From Octopus vulgaris (taxonomy: Eukaryota): a stretch of DNA of 64,000 nucleotides. Shown piece after piece: positions 40,058 through 50,944 of the stretch. How positions within the stretch are numbered: the stretch's first letter is position 1; every line of letters starts with the position of its first letter. The stretch covers positions 150,846,001-150,910,000 of the forward strand of contig OX597816.1 in assembly GCA_951406725.2 (NCBI GenBank), read 5' to 3'. A program made the position numbers and the translations under genes. The notes beneath the pieces were generated by a model, which did not search any database, had not been told where the DNA came from, and was given only the letters and a program-made list of their open reading frames with translations.

Positions 40058-41399
40058 CGTATTTTGGCAAATTAGCTTTTCTCTCACGGATGTGGAACTG
40101 AAGAAAACATAACTCCTGGCAGAAAAGTGCAAAGCGAAGAGATAAAATTAGAGCGTGCCTTTACAAGCTCTATCAACCAGAAAAGTTATTTTTGGTACCT
40201 CAGACGTAGCAACTTACGATTATGAAGGATGGGACCAGTGACTGATAGTTCTCCGTGTCTTGATCCAAAGTTTTAGTGTTCCAGTTTCCAGATGAATATA
40301 TACTCTTGAAAAAGGTATTAACACCATCGATGTCTATTTTCCAATCATATCCAGTCATATCTGATGTTTCAGACTTGAGTAAAGAAATATCCAATATTTT
40401 CTACTTTTTTTGTTTGTTAACCCATCAATTTAGGGACTCTAAGGTCCACACTCTGTTGTCATTTTCATGTAATCGTTTTGTTTGTTGTTGTTGTTGGGTT
40501 GGTCTGGAGGCAGGGTTTGCGCCCATGGCCTCAACAGCCCCCCCCCCCACCTCCATGACTGGTATGATCAATATAGCTGATGTTCTGGAACAACTTCAAG
40601 TTGGCAATTACAGGGAAAGCAGGAAGAGAGAAGAAATTTCAATGGATTGATATTCTACAGAGAAAGGGTGTGTAGTTGTTAGTACAAAGGTGGTAGTAAT
40701 GGACATATGGATGACAAGAGGGGAAGACAAGTTCAGTCAGGTGGACGAAGACAGAGCGAATACAAGAATAGTCAGTTCTGAGGAACAGAGGCCACTGTTG
40801 TTGAGATAGAAAAGACAGAACAAGTCTCCTTGTGGGCCAAAGATTTGTGTTTTGATGAGCAGCTTCATGTTAATCAGTTGAGTGGTCTTATTTTTAGATG
40901 AAAATTGATAAAATAGAAAAATGACATTAAAAGTTATAAGATTAATTTTCCAAAGTCAATTAAAAATATATTGGCAATGATTCAACCTCAGTGTATTCTT
41001 GATAGTGCAGTCTTAAGTCATGAGTACACTCAACAGTTACCAAGAGGTCCCATGAATCTAGGAGTCCAATATAAAAATATGCATGCTGTGGTTTGCTATC
41101 AATAAATAAATGCTTTCGGCTCTGCACATTTCTTTGCCCAGTGGCCTATATTATGCTGCTATGACTACCCTGGATACTAATATTATGTATTTCCACTTTG
41201 GTAACAGTTGGCCTAGTGCTTTACAGCAACTCTTTCTGTACATCACTGCTCTGAGATCAAATTCTACTGAGGTCAACTTTTCTTTCTACATCTCCAACAC
41301 CAACATTGTGGTTTTTTTTCCATGTTATCCACTGCAGATTACAAAACTTTGATTAAATAATCTTCAAAAATCTATCTGATATTATCAATCAATAGTCAT

Positions 41400-42400
41400 C
41401 ATGCCCGCATGATGTAACAAACTATCAAACAGTATGCCATTCTATTCTCCTATCTTATATCTGGAAGTCAGATGTTATGTCTCCTGTCCCAGCAACCAAT
41501 GTAGTCTCCACATTTGATAAGAGTTCACTGATCAGGATGCCAAACATGTGAACTGATTCAAGAAATGTGGAGAGGACAACATTCGCTAAAATCCTTCAAG
41601 AGAAAGAAGGCCAGATGCATATCAATCAAATGCAGTTTGCTCACAAGTCTTTTGTGCTGATAGATTTTGTATTTGATGATGAGTTGGATGACAAGCAGAA
41701 GAATTGGGGAACCAAGAATGATGACATCTCTTTTGGTGTCAGTGGACTCTGATGAAATGTCTGTTGCACATCCCTGATGGTGATGTAGAAACCATCAATT
41801 AACTTTTATGGCCTCAGATTTAGTTGAGTTAATCTTTAGTTCAATTCTAAGCAAGGCAAAGACAACTGGCCAATAAGTTGATGGACAGTATTCATTGAAG
41901 GCAAATGCTCAGCATGTGGGCTCAACTCATGCAGTTCTAAGGCATTCTTCATATGAAGTTTCATGATGAAACATCAATAGTCCACCATTTGGACTGAGAT
42001 GGGGAGCCTTCAATAAATTGATGAGAAGCATAGATAGTGCACTCACATCCACCCGGTGACACTAATCCCACGTTTCACAGATTTTACTTATTTTGGCCCA
42101 ATTAACAGATCACAGACTTACAAATTACTTTTGCTGCAAATCTCTCCATAACTATGGCATATATACTACATTCTTTCCTCCTCAGAGTACTCAAATTAGT
42201 CAGAAAGAAGAGATCAGAAGCATAGAGATTCAGATCATTATAGTGATCTCTACAATCATCCTCAGCAGATGATGACTGGCTTCTGTAGTACAGAGTGATT
42301 ACAAAACCTCTAATGTTAGCAGCTTGAAAGCCATCAACACCTCTGTTACTATTATCGGGAAAGATAGCCTGCAGATAACATTTCGTTTGGAGGCCACACA
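41400..42400 (-). mobile_element. Decayed CRE-clade-like non-LTR retrotransposon RT fragment
   Basis: LFFLTNLSTLRRKECSIYAI...FAAKVICKSV resembles the CRE RT motif LxALxKxxGGIRPIAV..RRLAAK. Downstream IILGSPI remnant. Confidence 0.45.
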
Positions 42401-43499
42401 CATAGTAGTAGTGTTTGGTAAAAGCAAAGATCTGAGATCTGCAGGTGTTTAAGCTAGTGGGTGGTCAGTACTTTCTCATTGAGATTAGGTCATCCAAGAT
42501 AATTACTCTTATGGTAGCTGAGAGATTGTCTTTGATGAGATTTGCAATTATGTGATTACAAAAGCACTTTGAATCAATATGGTAAATTGTGGGCTCATAC
42601 TTCGATGATATTTAAGTTTGGAATAGGTATCTGGCAGAAGATCAACACATTATTTTTGATTAACATTGCAAGAGGCCTTAACTGTTATTGTTTATATCCA
42701 GGTTATTCAGATTGAGTGGACCTATGTGCAAATGCATTCTCACTATGACAACCATCCCATCTTTCTCTTGAGCATAATAGAATATATCAAACAAAATTAA
42801 GTGACAATGTGTGGTTGCTAGCTAACAACCATCTCACTTGTCTGATATGAATGTAACTCAAAAAAACATAAAGAGAAATAGGAAAAAGGGAAGGAAAAGA
42901 GAAAAATACCAATGGCTGGAATGTTTTTCTTCCAAACTGATATGATAGAAAATAACAAATGAATGTACAAATCCTGTTAAAATACTCTTTTTTCAGAAAG
43001 TGGAACACTATTTATTTAACCAGTTCAACAAGAAATTTTAGTGAGTAGGTAAATAGGTAGCCACCCAGGAATCTGTCTATCTGTCTGTCTGTCTGTCTGT
43101 CTGTCTATGTATCTATCTGTCTGTCTGTCTGTGTATCTATCTGTCTGTCTATTTTTCTATATGTTTTCCTATCTCTAAAAATAATATAAATAACAGCTTA
43201 TTGTTTATAGTGAATTTGGGGATGCATGGAAGTTTTGAAGGAGACAGTATCCTGACAGCTAACAACCAATGCAGGTAGTTTATTCCATGTTTTGATTATT
43301 CTGAATTGATAAAATGTTTCTGAAACTCATGAGTATTGTAGTATATTTTGATTTTATAATTATGTCCACAGGTGGTAGGTATACTGAATTCAAAAAGGTA
43401 CCCAAAGTTGTTGGAATTTTAATAGTGGAGAATCTTGTGGGCTTCTATCAAATCAGCTGCTAGACATTGAAATTATGCCTAGAAAAGCAAGATGTTTAA

Positions 43500-43990
43500 G
43501 ATATGGTATGTGACTAAGGAAGAATTAATCTGGTTGCACATTTCTGAACAGCTACAAGTAGACCGATATTCTGAGCAAGATGGTGGTTCCAAACTGGAGA
43601 TGCAAATGTGTGAAATACTATAGCCATATATAATTTTAGATTGATAGATCTTGAGTAGCTGGCAAAAGTTTTACTTACTAAGACACTTATGGCCATTTCA
43701 ACAATTTTAGAAATGTGGTTCACTCAACACAGATCGTTGTTTACTATAATATCTAGGTCACATTCACCACCAGACTTCATAAGATTCGTGTTGTGGAAGG
43801 AGTAGGTAAATTCTGGGTTTTTCCACCAAAAATGCTTAGTGGTATATTTATCTACAGCCTGCCTGAGTTGCCATAAATTTGTTGCTGCATTGTGTACAGG
43901 TCAGACTGTAGGAAATATCTTATGCATATAGAACTGTTCTTTTTTTCTTTAGATACCACTTAATGTCATCTGAATATTTTAGCACATAAC
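43500..43990 (-). mobile_element. CR1/Jockey-type LINE RT 3' remnant
   Basis: KLYMAIV...FASPVWN...VQKCATRLI. Same family as 46800-47574. Confidence 0.65.
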
Positions 43991-44299
43991 ATGTTTCAAG
44001 ATAGCATTTATTTTGTTAAAGTATGGAACAAGTCTATTTGTCTGTTTGTCTCTGTGTTCTGTTTCTCTCTCCCTTCCATTCCTCTATCTCTCTCTCTCTC
44101 ATTATCTATCTATGTATCTGTCTGTTTGTTTGTCTGTCTGTCTGTCAGTAAGCCTTCTGCACGTAAAATAATATACAATATGTTAAAATAAATTCTTTAA
44201 TATTGCTATGAAAATAAAACTAGTGATCTGAAATACCCAAATCATAATTTCCATATATGGGAAACTCTTTAGGTTGCAAGGGCCCACAACTGATGGAAG

Positions 44300-44852
44300 C
44301 ATATTTGGCAGTTTTTTTTTGTCTAAAAATGGCATCAAAGTATTATCTACCAATGAGACATCATGTTGTTACTAGGACACTCTATAATGAAATCTGTCAG
44401 AAGGATAATCTCGAGGACAAAGAAATAAGAACCCACAATATGGTAGAAAACGTGATAAAAAGGAATACTGGTGGAATGTACCAGTGAAGACCTTAATAAA
44501 ATATAAGTACAACAGACCTGATATAATGATTTGGGATAGAGAAGAGAAACTGTGCGCAGTTGTGGAAATTAGCTGCCCAGCGAATGTTAGCATAAAGCTG
44601 AAGATCAGTGAAAAAGAGAACACCTATGCTGAACTATTGAGAAATCTGCAGTTACTCTATCCAGATTACAAGTTCAGGTTTATACTTGTAATTATTGGGA
44701 CCCTGGGATATGTAACATACTGTCTAAATACCAATCTTGAAAAATTAGGCTTCTCAAAACCAGAGAGGAGAAAGCTAATTCAAAAACTACAGATCCAATC
44801 CATCACTGGAACTGTAAAAATCTGTAAAACTTTTCAGAAGTTTATCATTTAA
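44300..44852 (+). mobile_element. RLE-type non-LTR retrotransposon 3' end (restriction-like endonuclease)
   Basis: RHHVVTRTLY...NRPDIMIWDREEKLCAVVEISCP...KENTY...VIIGTLG, a PD-(D/E)xK motif. Confidence 0.75.
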
Positions 44853-44934
44853 ATATGTATAAGCATATCTAGATATGCAAGTAAATGCATGAGAATACAT
44901 ACATAAAACATACAAATCTGCACATACATACAGC

Positions 44935-45071
44935 AGCATAGCCGTAGGAGTGGTTGTGTAGTAAGAAGCTTGCATACCAACCACATGGTTCTGGGTTAAG
45001 TCCCACTGCGTGGCACCTTGGGCAAGTATCTGTGAGTAGATTTGGTTGACTGAAACTGAAAGAAGCCATCA

Positions 45072-45131
<60 letters not shown>

Positions 45132-45315
45132 TCCCCCACAACATTGCTTGACAACCGATGCTGGTGTGTTTACATCCCCATAACTTAGCGGTTCAGTAAA
45201 AGAGACTGATAGAATAAGTACTAGGCTTACAAGGAATAAGTCCTGGGCTTGATTCGTTCGACTAAAGGCAGTGCTCCAGCATGGCCGCAGTCAAATAACT
45301 GAAACAAATAAAAAA
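44935..45315 (+). mobile_element. tRNA-derived SINE family A with internal (TG)n
   Basis: tRNA-like head gtggttgtgtagtaagaagcttg...ggttaagtccc. 3' part shared with other copies. Confidence 0.8.
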
Positions 45316-45899
45316 AAAGAATACATACATACATACATACATACATACATACAAACAAACAAACAAACAAACAAACAAAAAATACCCAGTTGTTGATGTT
45401 GAAATTCCAATGAAGGAAGCTTGGATCTAGAGTTAGAAACTGGTCCTTTCTCTACTGGCAAGAAATCTTGAAATAAACTGAATTATGACATACATACATA
45501 TACACATACATACATACATACATACATACATACATACATACATACATACATACATACATACATACATACATTCATTCATATGTGCCAATGTCATGTAAAA
45601 AGTACTCAGTACACTCTGTAAAATGGTTGGCATCCAGTCATAGAAACCATACCAAAATAGAAAATTAGAGCCTGGTGCAGGTTTCTAGCATGCCACCTCC
45701 TGTTAGACCATCCAACCCATGCCAGCATGGAAAATGGACGTTAAATGATGATGATGATGATGTGTGTGTATATGTATATATATATATATCTTTTAATTGG
45801 ATGTCTGTTCATCTGCCTTTTGACAGGTCTTGCTTTTTATCTCACAGGGTGCTCAAATACCACCCTTCTCACCAAGCAGGCTTGGTCATGTTGTGCACA

Positions 45900-46300
45900 C
45901 ACACACACACATGCACACACACCTCAGTGCACAGGTCTGGTGGGTGAAGAGAAAGACTGCTTTTAAAAGACTCCTACAAACTACCTTAACAACAAATAAC
46001 AGTGACCTCATTATCATGGTCGAAAATTTTAATAGACATATTGGGCAATGCTATGAAGGCTTCTCTGAGGTACATGGAAGTTATGGATATAATATGAAAA
46101 ATGAGGAAGGATCAGAACTCCTGAAATTCTGTGATACAAGTGACCAAACTATTTGCAATATGAACTTCAAGAAACTGACTTGTCACCAGATAACCTACCA
46201 ATTCAGTAAACATACAGACTAGATAAGTATTATTGTCACCAGGAAATGTGACAAGTTGTAAATTTATGCCTTTACTTAGTGAAGAAAGTATTGACCAACA
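45900..46300 (+). mobile_element. RTE LINE apurinic-endonuclease fragment
   Basis: DLIIMVENFNRHIG...VHGSYGYNMKNEEGSELLKFC...ICNMNFKK...ITYQ, an AP-endonuclease motif set. Confidence 0.65.
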
Positions 46301-46314
46301 TAGATAAGTGATTA

Positions 46315-46754
46315 GTTCTGCTCAATACCACAGATTTGCTTGTCAGTTGTTTGACCTTAACCAGTTGAGCATGTCCCTTAGTGGCTGACGATATGTGCAT
46401 CTCTGATCACGAGCAGAAGTAGTGGGGAGCATAATGCATGTGTTGAGAGGGATTCTTTGGGGTTTGAATAATTACCTCTGGAAACATGGGTGGTTCTTTC
46501 AACATCCTTAAACAACCCTTATTCAGGGACCGTTTGAGCGGGATGGGCTACTCGACCTGAAGAAAATTTTAACTGGGCCCCACCTGCAAGGTCATGTGCT
46601 GTTTATCTTGATATGAGATCACCATGTCGTGCACATATGGTTGTGATGCATGTGCCTGGTGTACCCTTATCAGATGGGTAGTCATGATGTGTATATTGGG
46701 CTTCGTATATTATACCCCAGTGTCACTTTGATGGCATGAACTGCTCTCTCACTC

Positions 46755-46790
<36 letters not shown>
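46315..46790 (+). mobile_element. Retroelement 3' end with (AAT)n tail (family C)
   Basis: Near-identical reverse-complement copy at 63165-63735. Confidence 0.75.
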
Positions 46791-46794
<4 letters not shown>

Positions 46795-46799
46795 TTATG

Positions 46800-47574
46800 A
46801 AATTATTGCATACTATGCTCAGGTGCACCACAACTTGTCATGGTGCGTATAAAGCATGCAGTAATGTCCACAGCCAGCTGGTGAGAGTTGCCAAGACATC
46901 CTCAGCCTTCTTGGCAATTTTAGCAATGTGTTTTGTCCAATGCAAATCGCTGTCGACAATAACACCCAGGTCACGTTCACAAGAAAATTTTTTGAGATTA
47001 ATGTAATGGAAGGAGTAAGTAGACGCTATGTTTTTCTCCCAAAATGCATGGTGGTACATTTGTCCACAGCCAGCTTGAGTTGCCAGTCCATGATCCACTG
47101 CTGCATTGTGTCCAGGTCTGATTGCAATAGAGATCTATAGTGTACAGGATCTGACCTCTTTATTTCGAGGTACAGCTTGATGTCATCTGCATATTTCAGC
47201 ACTGTGGCATTCTTTAAGTTGGCATCTATGTCATTAACATATGCAACAAATAAAAGGGGGCCAAGAACAGTTCCCTGTGGTACACCAGATGTCATCTCAT
47301 AGGGTGAAGAGTGCTGTCCTAGAATTGTGACAACCTCTTTTTGGCCGATAATAAAGGACTTCAACCAGTTATAGAGATCATCTCTTACACCCATTGCAGA
47401 GAGTTTCACCATAAGTCTTTTGTGTGGCACAGAATTAAAAGCCTTAGCAAAGTCCAGGTAAACAACATCCACCCAGGATCTGCGATCAGTGATTTGGGTA
47501 ATGTCCTCAAGAAACTCGATGAGTTGATTACAGCAGCTGAAGGAAAATACAAGCTGAAAAACAAAAGAACACAA
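46800..47574 (-). mobile_element. CR1/Jockey-type LINE reverse transcriptase fragment
   Basis: VDVVYLDFAKAFNSVPH, SGVPQGTVLGPLLF and KYADDIKL motifs. Confidence 0.88.
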
Positions 47575-48242
47575 AGCAAAAACCTATCAGCTGGTTGTAG
47601 GTTCAGAGAAGTTCTGGCTATTTTTGACAGAAGAGAGTTGGAGAGTCAAGAAGGTGTCTATTTCTGCTTGTGGCTACCTACAAACTAAAAACAAATGACA
47701 AAAGTTTGATACAAGCTACCAGATTTATACTTGCTAACAAGTGATAGCTTTTTTTTTGTTATTTCTATGTTACCACATTTGACTTTTATATTTCTTGATA
47801 TTGATTTATCCAATAAATATTTTTCATAATATATATTTTTTATATCTTGAAGAGCAATTGATATGTTTCTGCTCACTTTAAATTTGATGGTAATTTCATT
47901 TTACATGACTAGATTTTTGTGTACTACCTAAACAATATCCCTTTCCTTTAGACTATGCCAGCTTAGTCCTTTAGCATTCAGATTGCTCTGTCAAATGTAT
48001 TGCCTATTTATTCACATTGTTTTGAAAATAATCATGCATTATCTCATAGCTTTGGGATTTCAATGATGTGATTGTTTATTTTTAGAATGACCTTGTAGGT
48101 GTAAGAAGCTGGATATGGTCAGTTTGAACATTAAACAAGTAGAATATTTGGGCTGGATATGGTCAGTTTAAATGCTAAAGCATTAAGACTTACCCACAGC
48201 AAAAATTGATAATTCATTTTGAAGCAAAGATATAAATTTGAC

Positions 48243-48632
48243 ATTGTTATATTTGGAGATGGTCATTTTTGCCAATTAATCACATGTACTATATACTTAT
48301 GCGCTTCACATCAGCTTTATTTTTATTCTTATTTTGGTATCCTTTGTCTGGAAATATTATGTCACACATCTGTAGCCTCTTCAGTGACTCTCTATCCCAC
48401 ATGTCACCTCCAGTTCTGTTTAGTCCCCCAGAAAGACAGAATGGAGGAGAAAAACAGAACAGGAGGAGACACATTGGATGGAAAGTCACTGAAGAAGTCA
48501 CAGGTGTGTGACAAAAGATTTCTAGACAAAGGACACTAAAATAAGAATGATAATAAAGCTGAAGGGAAGAATGAGTATATAGTGTGTGTGGTTATTTGGA
48601 AAAAAAAAATGATTATCCTGAAATATAACAAT
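48243..48632. repeat. Long imperfect inverted repeat (about 185-bp arms)
   Basis: Arms at about 48243-48428 and 48443-48632 align as reverse complements (e.g. tcagctttatt/aataaagctga, tcttcagtgact/agtcactgaaga). Confidence 0.85.
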
Positions 48633-48750
48633 AGGTGTTTCAACATATGTGTTTACATCAGGCATTTTGCAAAACAAATACATAAATGTATAAATTTGAC
48701 ATTTACTTTGAATAAACAAACCAAAAACAAAATACTACAAATACAAAATG

Positions 48751-48760
48751 TTTATTTATT
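48751..48760 (-). terminator. Putative ALDH3A2 polyadenylation signal (overlapping AATAAATAAA)
   Basis: Double AATAAA on the - strand followed by a GU/U-rich tract (gtagtattttgtttttggtttg). Confidence 0.35.
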
Positions 48761-49332
48761 TATGTAGTTCATTGTTTAGGTAAAGAGAAATGCATTTCTT
48801 TAATGGATCTTTAAAGGCAAGAATGAATAAAGATTAAATTTCGTAATTGAAAATAAATATAGAGAATCTATTTTAAAAATGTATAAAAAATCAATAGAAT
48901 TTACAAACTGATTTATATCATCCCAAGACAACTTGGGTAAGACAATAGCACAATTGTATTCTTTGAGATTAAATTGTTGCTTTACTAAATAATAATAATA
49001 ATAATAGTTTTAAATTTTGGTACATGGCCAGTAATTTTGGGTGGGGAGATGAGCTGATTACATTGACTCTAGTATTCAAAAGGTATTTATTTTATTGACC
49101 CTGAAAGGAATTTAAAATCAGAGCAAAAAGGCAGATGAAATGCTACTGAGCATTTTACCCGGCATGCCAATTATTCTACCACCTCTCCACCTTAATGATA
49201 ATAATAATAATAATGATTTTTAAAAACTTTTCTTTTATTTTAACAATAATAATAAAAAGGGTTTCAAATTTTGTCACAAAGGCAGCCATTTTTTTGGGGT
49301 GGGGAGATATGTTGATTATATCCAGTTTTATT

Positions 49333-49563
49333 CTGCTGTCAATCACGTCTTTCCATTTCTGTACCTACAAATTTTTCTGCTGGATTTTATTTTGCACACT
49401 GCAAAATTTTGCTTGCTGCTGTGCATTTTGGTGTTAATTGCTGCTTCTTCAGGGTGCTATTAACACCAAAATGCACACCAAGAAGCAAAACTTTGTAGGG
49501 TGCACAAAATTGCTGCAGAAACATATGTAGGTGCAGAAATGGAAGACATGATTTTAACAACAG
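49333..49563. repeat. Imperfect inverted repeat (about 105-bp arms, 20-nt loop)
   Basis: Perfect inner stem tgtgcattttggtgttaat/attaacaccaaaatgcaca, extended with mismatches. Confidence 0.85.
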
Positions 49564-49972
49564 GAGAAAACTGTATATAAATCTCTATTTTCCTTATTAT
49601 TAATATATGACACACACACACGTGCGTGCGCTCGCACACACACACACACACACACATTTAAAAAGCAGCACAAAAAATATGTAGCACGCAATCCAAATTG
49701 GGTTCAGTAGTGGATTCCACACTCCATTCCATTATCCAGTGTAGTATGAGACGGCCTTAACCTCAGGATAGGCTAGTGTGTGAAATACAAGCAAAGTGAC
49801 AGAAATAATAGTAATTAAGCAGAAAACATAAGAGGTATTCAATGCTTTATAAAACAAATATGTGTTTGTTAAATATGAGTATTCAATGTCAAAATAATTA
49901 CATAACGGCAGTAAAAACATCATGCAGTCATGCTCTTCACCTTATCAGTGCCCCACACTGATGAGGTGAAGT

Positions 49973-50116
49973 GCATAAATAACACACCTATTTTCTGCTA
50001 ATTTTATAAGCATAAATCTGTCCTCAAATATATCACGCACCCTGTATATATGTATATGTATATATATACACACACATAATATAATAATTAGCAGAAAATA
50101 GGTGTGTTATTTATGC
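49973..50116. repeat. Perfect 31-bp inverted repeat with an 82-nt spacer
   Basis: gcataaataacacacctattttctgctaatt (49973-50003) and its reverse complement (50086-50116). Confidence 0.9.
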
Positions 50117-50819
50117 TTGTGCATACATGATAGTAAAAACATGATAGTACATTTTTTTCTCGCTTAGTTGAAGAAGGACAAGTCATGTCTTTGACCCTTT
50201 TTAGTGCTTCTGAAGTTAGTGGGGAAGAAGTGGAGAACTTGTTTTTGACTGGAGATCATACACAAATGTCAGCAACCAAGCATATTCTAGCATAGGCAGT
50301 GAAGGGCCTCGTGGTGGTGTTAAACTGGGTGATAGATAAATTCCAGCATCCAAAGCTGAAAACAGTCAGAAATGTGTAAATAATCCAAAAGTTGAGATTA
50401 ATACTCCCATTAATCTTATCAACTGTAATAATGTCATGTCTCACAAATATAGAAATACACTTATATATTATTTAAATACACTCACAAACTACAAACTATA
50501 AGTTTTGGATGAAACAGGCTTGTTATGTATATTTAGATGCTTCACTCATAAAACATAACTTTTTATGTTCTACAAGACATTTGTTGATTACAGGTGAGCA
50601 TAATTTATCCACACATTCCACATTTGATTATTGGTATTTGTTTTAACCACTGCAGAGGAATGAATTGTTAACCTAAATCAACTTTAATTTGATGATTTGT
50701 TGAATGTCATCTTTAATGTTTCTTCCATTACCACTTTTAGTTTAGCGTGTCTATAATATCACTTCATTATTGAATTATTCACCATCAGAATAATTCCATT
50801 CCAAAAATATGTTATTTCT

Positions 50820-50924
50820 TTAGCTTGCTCCTTGTGAATGTTTCAAGAATCTATTTCTACTGAAGTCATCGTCAGCAACATTCCAATGATGGAGTAAACT
50901 ACCGTATGATGGTCCATAAACTTT
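50820..50924 (-). CDS. ALDH3A2: Candidate terminal exon of fatty aldehyde dehydrogenase (long tail)
   Basis: Strong acceptor tctttttcttttccag|. Phase 0 reads KVYGPSYGSLLHHWNVADDDFSRNRFLKHSQGAS*. Supported by splice signal only, not by homology. Confidence 0.55.
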   Translation of the reverse strand, partial: KVYGPSYGSLLHHWNVADDDFSRNRFLKHSQGAS

Positions 50925-50944
50925 CTGGAAAAGAAAAAGAGGTA

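Larger units (their letters stand above)
36000..40250. promoter_or_regulatory. CpG-retaining (probably unmethylated) promoter domain of PRDX5
   Basis: CG dinucleotides are visibly far more frequent than in flanking introns. Contains both candidate first exons and Inr-like TCAGTT motifs on the - strand at 39247-39252 and 40096-40101. Confidence 0.55.

Noticed and set aside
40200-40394. 64-aa - strand ORF ending near a gtaagt donor upstream of the MDVIK exon
   Set aside because: No recognisable homology, and out of frame with MDVIK via the nearby acceptors. At most a possible 5' UTR exon.
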